Assembly: GCF_016432865.1 (NCBI RefSeq) | Contig: NC_067400.1 | Coordinates: 426,746,001 to 426,810,000, forward strand | Length of the DNA: 64,000 bases | Direction: 5' to 3' | Source of the DNA: Antechinus flavipes | Taxonomy: Eukaryota | Shown here: piece after piece, positions 25,247-39,074 of the stretch | How positions within the stretch are numbered: the first letter of the stretch is position 1 | Layout of the letters: each line of letters begins with the position of its first letter | Program-made: the position numbers and the translations under genes | The notes under the pieces: model-generated | Databases searched by the model: none | What the model was told of the DNA's origin: nothing | The model's input: only the letters and a program-made list of their open reading frames with translations

Positions 25247-26216
25247 CAGTTACATGTCAAGAAAAATCAGCATTAATTTTTATAAGATTTTGAGTTCCAA
25301 ATTTTTCTGTCTTCCTCTCTTCCTTTCCCTCCCCTCTTCTAAAGATGGTAGGCAGTGTGTATTTATAAAATAAATGCAGGAATAGTAACGCAGGAATGCT
25401 TTCTTTCCCTGCTGTTATTGGTTGTACTTCTAGAAATTCTATCAATAGCAATAAGAGAAGAAACAGAAATACATATAGATAAGCAAGGAGGAAACAAAAT
25501 TATCATTATTTTCTGATGTAATGATTTACTTGTAAAAGCCTAGGAAATTGTCTCTTTTAATTCTTTCTATTTCTTTAACAGAGTCTTGATCTATATTTCA
25601 TTAATATAGAGAGCTCCAGCATAAGGAAACTGCCTTTAATAGTACAGATTGCATTTTCTGCTTTTATAATCATAGTTTTCTAAGATCATATAATCAGTAT
25701 GTCAGAAGTAATATCAGTTTCCAAAAAAGCTGCCTCTTTTTTCTTCACCAAATCAATATCAATAACAAAATCCACTGGGGAAAAAATAAAAAGGGAAGTC
25801 CCACTAAAAACAAACAACAAATGAACTACAAAATTCATGAACTATCAGGAAGTTTATTTATCAAAGCATATATTGGTACAATTACAATATGCTCCTCAAA
25901 GAAATAAAGAATATATATATTAAATAACTATAGGGATATTCAGTACTCATGAGTAGTTTATGCAAATAATAAAAATGACAACAAAATTCTTTTGGTGAAA
26001 GAAAAGATCTAGAATACCAGAAGAAATAATGAAAAAAGTAGGAATAAAGAGAAAATAGTATTACCAGATGTCAAACTGTGCTATCAGGCAATAATCATAA
26101 AAATCATTTGGTAGTGGTTAAAACAAAACCAAAAAACCCTAAAAGTTTATCAGTAAAACAAACAAGAAAAGAAAAAATCAGAAATAATTTAATTCAATAA
26201 CCTAATGTTCCATAAA

Positions 26217-26664
26217 TGTTATGGGCCAGAACTTGAATCAAGGTGCTAAGTGGAATTGAGGAGACAATGGTTAAATCTAGTTTAGCATTGATTTAATCCT
26301 ACAACAAATAATGGTTTCCTAATGTTATAATGATTGATGTATACTCAGTGTGGAACATATAAGGAGGAGTTCTCAGGGCCAGAAAGGGCAAGCTCACTTG
26401 AAGCTCTTGGACCCTCAGCCAGGATTCAGTCCAGGAGATTCAGAAATCAGAGAAGGCAGCTTAAGCTCTCGGAACCAAGACTACAGAAGGCTTGCAGAAA
26501 AACTCCAAGCGAAGGAGACAAGACTTTGAAGGAGACAATAAAGGATTTGGACTTTAACTCCTGGCTGCATTTGGGGGATTAATGAACTGAAACAAAGGCT
26601 GCCTCCAGAAGCCCCCAAGAAACTTGCTCCCAAAGAACATTACATTTTAGAGAAGAATATTACA
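26217..26664 (+). mobile_element. Solo LTR (448 bp) with 6-bp TSD CATAAA
   Basis: TGTTA...TTACA termini; cataaa at 26211-26216 and 26665-26670; TATA-like catataagg; AATAAA at 26537-26542. Confidence 0.9.
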
Positions 26665-27120
26665 CATAAACTTTGAAACATGAATTATCTATGAAACAAG
26701 TCTCTATTTGACAGAAATTGATGAGAAAACTGAAGATAAAATCTATTAGAAATTAGGTTTTAAATCAATATTTTATGTGATAAAATAATCTGAAAATGAT
26801 TATTAAAGATCATAGAATAAAAAAGTTAGCAGTGTAGAAGATCATGTACTTTTTATATCTATTGCAAGCAGCTAGATTCATAACCAAACAAGAAATGGCA
26901 ATTTTGATTACATGAAATTAATAGCTTTTGTATGAACAAAATTAATGCCATTAGGATATTAAAGTAAAGTGGATGGGCATAAAATCTTGTTATCAGATAT
27001 TTTTTGCTATAGGTCAATAACCAAGATATATAAGTAACTACTCAAAATATCTATGATCAAAACCCATTTCCTATCTGGTAAGTAGTGAAGAATGTGAACA
27101 AATGATTTTCAAAAGAAATT

Positions 27121-28070
27121 GTTTTTGTCTTTTGTTGTTGTCTTTGTTGTTCAGTCTTTCATTCACCTCCACTTCTTTGTGATTCCTTGAATTATAGAAG
27201 CCAAGACCTTTTATCCTCCACTATCTCCCTAAGTCTGTCCAAGTTCACAGTTGTTGTTTCCATGACACTCTGTCTCATCCTCTGTCGTCCCCTTTTCCTT
27301 TTGCCTCCAATCTTTACCAATATTAGGATCTTTTCTAATGAATCCCATTTTCTCATTATGTGGCCAAAGTATTTAAGCTTCAGCTTCAGTATTTAATGTT
27401 CCAATAAATAGTCTGAATTAATTTCTTTAACCATTGACTAATTTAATTTCCTTGACATCCAAGGGACTCTCCAAAGTCCTCTCCAACACCATAATTTGAA
27501 AGTCAATTCTGCAATGTACAGCTTTCCTCATATTCCAATTCTCATAGCCATACATTGCTATTGGAAAATCATAGCTTTGTTTATATGAACCTTTGTCAAC
27601 AAGGAAAGGTCTCTGCTTTATCCAAATTTACCATAATTTTCTTCCAAAGAGCCAGCATTTTTTAATTTTTTGGCTGCAGTTTCCATTTGCAGTGATCTTT
27701 GAACCCAAGAATATGAAATTCATCGTTTCTCCCATTTATTCTCTTTCTCTATTTGCCAAGAAGTAATGGGAACAGTTGCCAAGTTCTTAGGGGTTTTTTG
27801 TTTGTTTGTTTATTTGGGGATGTTTTTATGTCAGCTTTTATACTCTTTCATCCTCATCATGAGGCTACTTAATTTCTCTTCACTTTCTGTCATCAGAGTA
27901 ATATCATCAGCATGTCTTAAGATTGCTGATATTTCTCCCAGCTAACTGAATTCCAACTTTTGATTCATCTAGCCTGGCATTTCACATGATATATTCTACA
28001 TATAAGCTAAATAAATGAGGAAACAGTATTCAATCTTGTTGTACTCCTTTTCTAACATTAAACCAATCAG
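27121..28070 (-). mobile_element. BovB-like RTE, RT-to-3'-end segment
   Basis: Reverse complement gives decayed RT motifs (agaaaaggagtacaacaag, GVRQG-like; atgctgatgatattactctgatg, YADD-like) and the BovB 3' end with a (TTG)n-like tail at ~27121-27150. Confidence 0.85.
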
Positions 28071-28590
28071 AGAGTTCTAACAGTGATCCACTGGAGAAGG
28101 AAATGGCAAACCACTCCAGTATCTTTGCCAAGGAACTTCATGTTCAATACTAAAATGATAAAAGAGATGACATCAGATGATAAGTCCCTCAGGAAGGTAT
28201 CCAATATGCTACTGGGAAGAGTAAAGGATAACTACAAGTAGCGCCAGTATTACTGAGTTGTTTGGGCTCTGGCCCAAAGAAAGCTGTAGATGCATCTGGT
28301 GATCAAAGAAAAATCTAATGCTATAAAACTCAGTATTGAATAGGAACCTAGAATGTAAAATCTATGAACCAGGTGGTCACACAGGAGATGGAAAAATTAA
28401 GCATTGACATCTTGGATATCAGTGAATTTAAATGAATGGGAATGGGTAAATTTAATTCATATGATCTCTACACATACTGTTGTGAGCAAGCATCTCTTGG
28501 AAGAAAGAGAATAAAAAGGTGAGAAAAGTAATCCTGGATTATGATCTCAAAAAAATGACAATAATATCTGTTCAAATCCAAGAAAAAATG
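28071..28590 (+). mobile_element. BovB-like RTE 5'UTR/endonuclease segment, inverted relative to 27121-28070
   Basis: agagttct...tccactggagaaggaaatggcaaaccactccagtat (BovB 5' region), then APE motifs (ataggaacctagaatgta, IGTWNV-like; gacatcttggatatcagtgaa, DILGISE-like). Confidence 0.85.
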
Positions 28591-29504
28591 ATTACAAACT
28601 ATTAACTTCCACAAGAAAAACTTTTCACAATCATCAATAATAAGCAAAATACAACCAAAACAGCTCTGAAGTTTTGCCTCATTCCCAGCAATTGACAAAA
28701 AAGGGAAGCATCAATAATGGAGGCCTTATAGAAATGTGAGCACATGAGGACAATGCTGGTGGAGTTACAAATTGGTCCAACAATTCTGGGAAGCAATTTA
28801 GAATTATGCCAAGAAAGTGAGTAAGATGTCTATAGCCTTTGACCCAAAGATTCTACTATTAAGCATCTCATGAAGATCAACAATAAAAAAAACCTTATAT
28901 ATAACAAAATATTTGTAGCAAAATATTTTTAGTAGTATAGAACTGGGGGGAGTTAATGTACAAAAATTGGAAAATGGCAAAACATACTGTAGTCCATGCA
29001 TATGTTAAATTATTTCTACATGAGAAATAATGAATACACCGAATCAAGGGAAGACTTACATGAGAATATAAAGTGAAATAGGCAGAACTAGAAAAAAAAT
29101 TCTCTTGCACAACAATGTGAATATAAAGAACAACAAAACAATTAAAAGCAAATGTTTGTGAAATAATGAAAAATGCTTAATATAAGATACCTTCTTCACT
29201 TCTTTGCAGGAGGAGGGAACTATAAGTATGGAACTCTAATGTTAAACTTTTAGATATGTTGGTTAGTTTTGCTAAACTTTCCCCCCTTCTTTTTTATCCT
29301 TTGTTATAAGGGATGTGTCCTTTAGAGAAAAGAGAAACAGTAGATTGGGAAATGCAGAAAATTAATATTTTTTAAACTTTCACATAACTCATATCTTTAC
29401 CCACTTTAATTAGTTACTTTCTTTCTTCAAATAAAGTCATGTATTTGCTGAAGTTTTTGGTCATAAAATCATTTAATTGTAACATCTAGTATATATGACC
29501 TATA

Positions 29505-29760
29505 TGGACATCTAAATGACATAGTGGATAGAGTGTAATCTAAAGTCAAAAAGATTCATTTTATCTATATTCATAATACAACTTCAGACATGTGCTAGAT
29601 ATATGATTCTGGGAAAGTCTTTTTAACTGCCTCAGTTTCCTCATCCATAAAAATTATTTAGAAAGTGAAAAGGCAAACCACTATAGCCTTTGATTTTTGT
29701 CAAGTATTTTTGCCAAGGAAATTCCCAAGAAGTGTCAGAAATAATCAGACATAACTGAAA
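29505..29760 (+). mobile_element. MAR1-type SINE
   Basis: atagtggatagag head...ctgcctcagtttcctcatcc...aggcaaaccact...gccaaggaaattccc. Confidence 0.7.
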
Positions 29761-30399
29761 AAAATAAAAAAAAAACATCAAAAATCTGTCTACAAACAAA
29801 ATTTCTCATCAAAACTTTATGGAAGTATAATAAAATAGAGAAAACATGCAACTATTTTCATAATTCCTGAAGTATTTTGGTGCATGTCTGTTCTATCACA
29901 AGTCAGAACAATAATGTAGTTAACTTTTTTTTTTTTGAGATTGATATATCCAGAGGCCTTTATTTCTTGGATCTCAGGTATAGTGATTTTACTCCATGGT
30001 GTATGTAATCAATCAATTAGAGGGTAAGAAAATGAATTACTTTCCACCTTCTCCAAAATAGTCAGTCAAAGGTCTTTTTTCTACCACAGTCAAATCTACC
30101 CTCATACCATATAATTCTCACACTCATCATTCTGCTGTGAAAGCTCTCAACTTCCAACTCTGTCAGTCAGACAATCTTCTGGTACAGTTGTAATCTAACT
30201 GCTATCAAGCACTTAGCAACAATGATGTCTATGTGTTGGGAAAATCCAACTCCCCTTCTCCTCACCCCCAGTATAACCATGCCCTGCCACTCAGTTTACC
30301 TTGTGGCTAAAATAAACACTTCTTAAAGGGTAAAAGTCTTCAGAGGCAGAAGTTGTGCTCTTGCCAATGAATAAACATCTCATTTCCACTATTATTTTG

Positions 30400-30850
30400 G
30401 GTGTTTAAAAGGTGGAATAGCATAAATTTCATAGGATGAGCAGGCATGATAAATATTTGTATTCTTCATCCCAAATCATATTATCTTTCTCACAAAATAT
30501 CCTCTCAAGTATTATGCCAAGTATTATGAAAGGCACAATCATCCTTCTCATCACCAAGGTTTCATCTTTGACTCTTCGCTCTTCTTCACTCCACTTCAGT
30601 TGCCTAATATTGTCATATCTGTCCCCTTCTCTCTCAGCACACATTTGGTATTCAAGTTCAAATTTTCATAATCATTCCTCTGCACTAATATAATACCATC
30701 TTAATTGATCTTCCCTAACTCAAGTATCTTCCCTCTTCAATTTATTCTCCATAGAAACAACTTTATTAAATGACAGATCTGACATATCACTCCCCTACTC
30801 AGTAAATTTCAGTGACTTCCTATTGAGTCTATAAGCAATTGTTAACTTAG
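30400..30850 (+). mobile_element. L2 fragment
   Basis: cacatttggtattcaagttcaaattttcataatca...cagatctgacatatcactcccctactcagtaaatttcagtgacttcctattg. Confidence 0.6.
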
Positions 30851-30952
30851 CTGTATCTTATCTTTTTAAAAATATCTCTTTTGTTTATTTTACATTATAC
30901 CTACTTATTAGTATAGTAGTACACACAGAATTTTTTTTTAAGTAAATATACA

Positions 30953-31099
30953 GAGGTAGCTAGGTAGTAGATAGAGCACCAGCCCTAAAGTCAGGAGGAC
31001 CTGTGTGCAAATCTGACCTTGGACACTTAATACTTCCTAACTGTGTGACCCTGGGCAAGTCACTTAAACCCAATTGCTTCAGCAAAAAAAAAAAAAAAA
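30953..31099 (+). mobile_element. WSINE1-type SINE with poly-A and TSD
   Basis: Full-length body, A16 tail, and aagtaaatat duplicated on both sides. Confidence 0.9.
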
Positions 31100-31853
31100 G
31101 TAAATATGTACATATTAAGGATGATTTTCAAAATTTTTATTGATAAGGATTCATGATCAAAAGAATTAGAGACCACTTAGAATAATATGCTCATAAAACT
31201 AAGGTTTCTTTATATTCCATGTCCATAGGCTATCTTTAGCTAATCCCATCTAGCCCTTTAACAATTGAACATCTCATTGGTCACAAAAAGAGAGAGAAGA
31301 GGTAGTAAAGAGTGGCTAGATCAATAGTAGTCCATCATCAGTGACATAAAATAACTTGAACTATGTGCCAAATCTAATCTTGAGTATCCACTGTGAATCT
31401 GACATGATTATAGGAGCTTGGATCCTGAAGGAAAACTAAGAAAACACACTTTCACATATATGAGGGACATATATTCTGAAAAAAAAATTGCATGGATTCA
31501 GACATTTTAAGCAAAACAGCTGTAAGGAGATGAGCAATTAAAAGGCTGTGCGTATAATATGATATTTTTGCCAATGGAAAATGGCAAAATATTTACATTT
31601 CCTTAAGACCTAACATATGTATATTTTATAAATAGCCATGTGCCAATTGGAAGAGTTGTCTTTGATTGATATTTAACACATGGTATGATTTGGGGGGAAA
31701 AAACAGTTTTTTTTATAAATACAAGAAGTTTTTTAAATGTATACTGCTTGCTATAAGCATCTGATGTCATTATAGTTCAATAAATCCTGGATACATTAGA
31801 CAAAGAATGTTGTTAACATTTCCCTTTCTCCTTGGCTTACCACCAGTTCTGGG

Positions 31854-31854
<1 letters not shown>

Positions 31855-31898
<44 letters not shown>
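31855..31898. repeat. (GT)n(GC)n microsatellite
   Basis: Seen directly. Confidence 0.95.
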
Positions 31899-34053
31899 CT
31901 TTAATAACTACGTAATCTTCAGTGATACAAGTCTGACCTGGCTTCAGATGAATGAAGCAATAGAATACTGGACATTGTGTGCTCTGCCATCATGGCTCCA
32001 ACAATGAATCGCTTTCTCTATTTTCCAGACCATTTAGCAAAGTGTATATCTTCAAGTTATTTGTGTGCCTATCTTGTCATCTGAGGTATGTTAGATTTCC
32101 TTTGCAAAGAGTTCTTTTCCTAGTACTTATGATTTTACCATCTCTTGGGGAATTTGTCTTCCATTTATTTCCCTCTTTTTCATTTTTGCTGTGGAAATAC
32201 AACAGATAACACTGCTTACCTCATGATAAGAGGTTTTTTTGTTTGTTTGTTTTTTGCTCTCTGAAACCACTTAGTTTTTGCTCACAATTTCAAGTTGTAA
32301 AAACAGTATCTCCATTGTCATTCGGTGCACCCATCCTCCACATTCAGCTGCAGAGAGTCCAAACCATGATAAGCCTCAGTCTAGGCACTGTAGACTTTTC
32401 TAATAGTGCCTTAAAATGCAGTATTTACTAGTTTTTAATTAAAGTTATTTCTAAGTATTTACGTCTCTTATTCAATTATGGTTGGTATTAATCTTCAGAA
32501 CTTCTTGCTTGGAATGAAAATGTTTTCTTTTTCTCTAACTAGGAGCAAAAAAAAAAGAAAGCATGAAAATAAACTACTTGCAGATTCTGGCTGGCATCTT
32601 CTTTTTTGTGGGATCCCCCCCAATCCCTTTAGAGTTAACAGAAGACAGTATATAACTGAGTACCCTCTCATTCCTGTTCTCAGGCATTTTGTTTTTAAAG
32701 CAACTGTTTCCATAATTCAAGGAGAGAAAATGAAATCAATATTTTCAGAAGGCACAGAAGAATCTGTATTCTATCCTATGAAGAATAATTTTTATTATGG
32801 GAGAGATAGGGTAAGTAAATCTTATAAGCAACCTATAAAATTCAATGGGAAATTAACAAGAAAATTATACAATAGATTTTCTGTGGGGCTTGTGGCAGAG
32901 ATATGAAATTGCTTTGTTGTATTGGAATTTTAGGAAATGTAGAAATAGCAACTATTGTCATAATCACCTTTTAAAATGATTTTCATTGAACCACCTTAAA
33001 TTAAATGTGATGTGTCTGCTAATTAGCATTTGTCCCCCTCCCCCAATTCTCAAAAAATGTGTATACTTTATTCTGTATCTGTTTAAAAAATAATCCCAAA
33101 TCAAAATTCTCAACAGCATCTCTGTCCCACAAATTCCCTCCTCATCCCTACCTAAAGAGATGATTTGCTTGCTACAGTGATGCTGGGATACTTCATTAAC
33201 AATATTACCAAGAATTAATCTTGTTATTTTCACAGTTAGCAGTTTTAAATCTGAAATTTTTTGTCTGATTTCAACTAGAAGTGGAATTTTTTTTTAAAAA
33301 ATCACTTTATCTTTCTAGAACTTAGTATCTCCATTTTAAGAGGTCAGACTACTAACATCCCTTCTAACTTAACCATTTAGTTCTTTACCTTGCTACTTCT
33401 TTCAACTGTCAATTATAAATAGGAATATAACCTTTTAAAATTCCATTCACCTACCATAAAATGGAGACAATGATAGGTGTATTCCTTACATCACATGGTT
33501 GGGGTGAGACTCAGATTAATATAGAAAATTTCCCAAAAGTCTTATTGTTTTAAGCTTTAAGCTTAAGTTTAAAACTTCATTGAGACTTCTGGGATATCTT
33601 GTATATAGAATGCTTTATATTCATAAAATGTCTAGCTAGCTAGTTGTTATCTATGTATACTGTGTTTATACTTAAATATTTCATTATTTTATAGGCTACA
33701 ACATAATTTGGGGGGGAAGGTAGAAATGATTAAACATGATTATACTGTCATACTGTAATTATCATTTCCTAGCATCCAAGAGATTTTTTTAAACATTGGA
33801 TTTATATTAAATAGAAATATTGACTAGATGTGAAGTCAGAGAGACTTCACTATGTAGGGGGAAAATGGGGAAATGGGAATTAGGGCTACTTTACTTCTAT
33901 TAATAACCAAATCTTTTAATCCAGTAGATGGGTGACTTAAAAATAAAGAGTTTGAGGTTCCATTCCCATAACCAATGTTCTTTTGAAATATTCTGAAGTA
34001 TGAAGCTCACATAATACTTCTATCAGATTGGAAATACTTTTACTCTTTAGATA

Positions 34054-34333
34054 TACAGGGTGACTCAAAAATTTTAAAGCAGTTTTAAGCATTAATAACC
34101 ATAATATCTAATAATATTTGTCTTAAATAAAGTATGTTACTAGTATTTCTTTTAAATAAAATATTTCTTTTAAACAAAATATTAATAAAATATTTCTTTT
34201 CATTAGATTATATAATATTTCATTAGATTATATAATATATATATAATATATAATATTTAATAAAAATATTTAATCAACTAAACTTATTAAAGCTTAAAAC
34301 AGCACTAATACTCTGGGGTTACTGAATTGTGTA
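34054..34333. mobile_element. Mariner-type palindromic MITE with expanded AT-rich centre
   Basis: Left arm tacagggtgactcaaaaattttaaagcagttttaagc; right arm gcttaaaacagcactaatactctggggttactgaattgtgta; TA-flanked. Confidence 0.6.
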
Positions 34334-35764
34334 TTTGGTACATCTCAGTGACTGGACTTAATCTCTCTAAACTTCTCTATGTAGAAGAATATTTGACCTA
34401 AAGTCCAGAAAGAATTGGACTTTTAACACGTACTAAACATGTACTAATTGGGTTATGATGAACATATAGCCTCTCTCTCTTTCAGCTTTAGCATCTTCAT
34501 TTGTAAACTAATAATAATTTATATCATTATTACCTATAATATCTACCTTGCAAGATTGTTGTGAAACTCAAATATGATAATGCATATAAAGTGCTACATG
34601 AACTCAACTTTTAAATCTCAGTATAACTTATTTTGGATTGGACCATATAATCACAGTAACCTATGCTTTCCCATCTCTGATATTTGACTGTGGGAGTTAG
34701 TTTTGTCCAAAGTTATGACTGAAAATTCTGGTTGTTTGTAACAATGGATCTCAGTCTCAAAACAAATAATGAAAAATACTCCCCACCTCTAAGAAGAGAA
34801 GTAGGAGACTACCTATGCAGAATGTTACATTGTGTTCCCTGAATTAGTTGGTTCTTATCTGTTTTACTGGGAAAAAAAAAATTCTATGTGTGTCTATGTG
34901 TATAGCAAGGAGGTGGAAGAAGGAAAAAGGTTCAGCAAAGAACCTTATAGCTGAAGTCAACAGAATAACAGAACAGTTCCTGAGCTTAAGTATCATTTTA
35001 AAATGCTTCTGGAAGACAGTAAAGCTAACTTTGGCTACCTCTGTCCATTCAATAGTAGAACAGTTACATATCACTGTGTAGTAACTTCCTGACTAACTGT
35101 CAATCTTTGCCTACATGACAGCTTTGGCTCCTGATTCTTTGCCTATCACACAGTCCATCCAAAGCTAATGGGATTGACTTCCAAACCTGGTTCTTAGATG
35201 GTTCTACTAGAGCAAGTAGGCATTGTCTCATTCATATGTCAATGTAGGAAAAAATGAGAAATCTAATTTTATTTTTTCCCTACCATCTCTTTTCAATGAG
35301 GTAATGTTTGTAGATTCCATGAATGGATTTTGTGACCAATATGCTAGCATTAAATCAGATTTCACTAAAGCACATATGATTGAAGTTAATCTAAGGGGAG
35401 GAAATGGAAAATAATATTAAACTCAACATGAACAACATCCAGGAGCTACAAAGTAGAATGAATATTACTGAAACTATAACTGATGTTTTTGATTATATAC
35501 TCATAGAATGAGACAAAGTTGCTGGGATTGCTGCGGTTGCTATTAAATGCTAATGAAAAGTTTTCCTGTGTTTGATTTAAGCCACTTTTGAGTATAAAAT
35601 TGAATTGCCTATGTAGTTTTCAGATTTTTCTTTAAATTCTTTATGTTTAATAGATTAATCTTGAAGTCAGTGGGAGAAAGTCTTTGAAGAAAATTGTTAT
35701 TTAGCTTATGCCTCTATTCTGTAAGGAGAATGGGTCAGGAATCACTCTCAAGTTCATTACATAG

Positions 35765-35990
35765 AAAGATGAGAATGTTAGGTCTGGAGTCAGGAAGAGC
35801 TGAGTTCAAATACAGACTCAGACATTTATTATCTGCATGGCACTAGGCAAGGCTTTTAACTTCTGCCTACCTCAATTTCCTCAATTATAAAATGTAATCA
35901 ATAGTAGCTTCTGTCTTCCAGTGTTGTTATGAGGATTAAATTAAATAATATTTGTAAAGCATTTGCAAACCTTAAAGCACTACACAAATG
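35765..35990 (+). mobile_element. MIR SINE
   Basis: ggtctggagtcaggaagagctgagttcaaat...ctcaatttcctcaattataaaatg...gtaaagcatttgcaaacc. Confidence 0.75.
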
Positions 35991-36829
35991 CCTTTTGTTT
36001 TTTGTTATTAATTTTATATTTTAGAATTATGTATAAAATGAAGATTATCCTCTCCTCAGCATTTAGATTTTCCTAGATCATAATAGAAACAGAATAGAAG
36101 TAATGGGTATGGCCTTCTTTCTCTCAGTAGAGAGGTGAGGGACTATGATTATAGAAAGTTATATATGCTATTAGGGTTCATTGACTTTGCTTACATATTT
36201 TAATTTATTATAAGAAAAGTTACATTGCAGGAACCTGAAAGAAAAAAAAAAACTATGATTTAAAAAGGAGACATGTCTTACTCATCATGATCCTTCTGAA
36301 AATTTTTGTGGCAAAGATTCTGGAGTAACTTGCAATTCCTTCTCCAGCTCATTATACAACTGAGGAAAGTGAGATTAACTAAGGTAAAATGATTGGCCAT
36401 ACAGCTAGTAAGTGTCTGAGATCAGATCTGAACTTTCTGACCCTATATCCAGTGTTCTACCTATTGTACCACCTAGATACCTAATGATTTGATAACCATT
36501 TTCAAAAAAAGAAATGGAAAGTAAATTATCTCACACATCAAGCAAGGTCCATGGATGACCCAGTGATTGGATAGGGAAACATTGTCATGGGCCCAACTAG
36601 ATTGAGTGAACTAGATCAATTTGCCTTCCCTCCTTAACTAATTAGGACTGCTCAGCCTCAGGAAGGAGTTCCAAAGCATAGCAAAATATTTCCCCTAGGA
36701 AAGGGAAGAGAATAGTGGTCTCTATGAGTCCAGGTCAGGGAGTGCTGTTCCAACTGAGTTAGTGGGTACAGAAGGAAAACAGATGGCAAGATTCCTAAAG
36801 TAGATGAAAGAATCTAGGAGAACTATATT

Positions 36830-36831
<2 letters not shown>

Positions 36832-36871
<40 letters not shown>

Positions 36872-36880
36872 ACACACACA
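36832..36880. repeat. (CA)n microsatellite
   Basis: Seen directly. Confidence 0.95.
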
Positions 36881-39074
36881 TTAATAATCAAAATTTATTG
36901 ACTTTCAATACAAACAGCTCTATACACCTTAATAACCTTTAAAGTATAATGATTCAAGTTCAAGGATCTGGATAACTTTGTACTCTCTCCATCCATGTAT
37001 ACCATGATACTTCTATGAATTTGCAGATTAGTTTTAAAATTTGCTGTGACTGAAAAATTAATTTCTCCTTAGCCAGCCCTAGAATAAGCTTCTCATACGT
37101 ATCTGGCTAACCCTTGCATGACAGACATATGGTTCATCAACAGGCTCATAATCAAAGACTTTCCAGATTCGATAATTTCTGCACTGCTTATATATCCTTT
37201 AAGAAGTCATGGTAACCATCATACCATGATGTGGCTAGCATCCAGAAAAAGCCACTGGTTTCAATTCATATAAATGTTTATTAAGAGCCTACTATATGTC
37301 AGGAACTGTGCTAAGTACTGGTGATACAACAACAACAACAAAAAAAAAAAAAAGCAAAAGACTGTTTCTTACAAATTAATAAAGGAGGCAATATGCAAAT
37401 AGACATGAACAAAGCAAGCCATAGGCAGAATATATTATTAAATTATTAAACTAAATAATTGATTAAGAGAGGGGAAACACTGGAATTAAAAGGTATTGGA
37501 TATGGCTTCTTCTAGAGGTAAGGTTTTAATTGGAATATGAAGAAAGCTAAAGTAGTCTGTAGTCAGAAAGTAAGCAGGAGAGTGAAAGAATATATGTTGA
37601 GGAATAAGGTATAAGGGGTGTGCATGAGATATTCAAGGAGGACTAGCTCTTCTGGATGTGAGGGCTGCTGAGCCCTCTTCAGTGCTACTCTTCCTCTTTG
37701 ATGTCCACTTCTCACCCAATTCTCATCTGCAGCTCCAAGAAGTTGTTGCATGCTCAATAGACATACACTATAGTTTTACTTTACAAATTTCCTTCCAAGT
37801 TGGCATCAAGAATTACTGAGAGATTTTTAAAGCAAAAGGTTGGGGGTAGCTTATAAGTCTACAAAAACTGGGCCATGAATTTGTAATTACTTTTTTTTTA
37901 ATAAGCAGACCTAGCATAGTGTCATTGTCAGAAAAATAATACACCCCCCTTAAAAAAGATACTAGTGATCTTTTTATACACTTTATGTGGAACAGAATAA
38001 TATCTTTCATTGATGAGTTATATACATTGGATGTTGAAGTCAAGGATTGCCAGGAAATCTGTGTTCCTTAGCAAGAAAAAACAAAAGTGACCCCTAACCA
38101 GGAGGTCCAGCTTGTTCAGCATGAATGTAGTTGCTGCAGATCTAAGTGCAAAAAAACAAGACTGCCTATCCATCCACCTAGCAGCTGGTAAAGCAGCAAC
38201 AAGGTTATTTTTTAGCCTCAAGGCATTTAGAAGCATAAATAAGCTATTCTTAGAAGCAGAGAAGTGAGATCTTATGGGAAGAGTTCACCTTCTCAGGGCC
38301 TAGAGACCCACCCACAGGACATCAAATAGGCATAATGATTTCTGCATAGGCATTAAGTGGTTGACAACACAAATTGATGGAATGACTCACTGGGAGTGGA
38401 CAATGAGTCATCAGAAAGAGCACAAGGAAGAGATCATTGAGAAGTGAGTACTTGAAAAGTGAAGAAGCATTTATGGATTTTGAGAATCAAGTGGGAGAAG
38501 GGAAAGATGGGAGAAGCCATCACAATCTGGGGTGATGTGGACTAGACTATATTCACCAGAATCATAGAATTTAATAAGTGTTGGGGGTGGGGGGAGAAGA
38601 ACTAAAGAAATAATTGCACTATAACGCAAATAGATAGGACTGTGATAAAAGATTGAAGAGAGAAGGAAGAATTATTACATATTGTGATATAGAGACTGCC
38701 AGTGGCTGCTGGAAATCTAATTCAGACCTATAGAATGAATCTTTTCATGTGAGTAGATGATGGAGACTGAGAGGCAGTTGTGTTGTCTGACTTTTTCTTG
38801 AGAGGCAATTGAGATGTCTGACCTCTCTCCTCTTCCCTCTGCCTCCAATTTATTTCATTCCCAATCCACAAGCAACACCCATGTCAGTAAAGGCTGCTTT
38901 GCAACTCCTTCAGATGTTATGATTCACAGCTGTAGAGGCTCTTGGAGAATTGACCTGCCCCTTCAAAAATCCTTAACAATTACATTTACTTTTCTTCTTT
39001 CTCTGCCAGAGAGAATAATTTTTATATGTGAAACAGTATAATAGGAAGTTGAAACCCAACATAAGAAGAAAGTA

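Larger units (their letters stand above)
25490..29110 (+). mobile_element. Old fragmented L1 ORF2, hosting the solo LTR (26217-26664) and BovB-like insert (27121-28590)
   Basis: Degenerate ORF2 motifs (ccagatgtcaaactgtgctatcaggca; gaacaaatgattttcaaaagaaatt/acaaactattaac; aggcagaactagaaaaa). Confidence 0.7.

Noticed and set aside
32478-32906. 142-aa ORF
   Set aside because: No recognisable domain; K/F/I-rich composition typical of chance ORFs in AT-rich DNA.
33688-33701. 14-bp identity (tttataggctacaa) to the TTC21B exon acceptor at 348-361
   Set aside because: Similarity stops immediately and no reading frame or donor follows; consistent with chance in AT-rich DNA.
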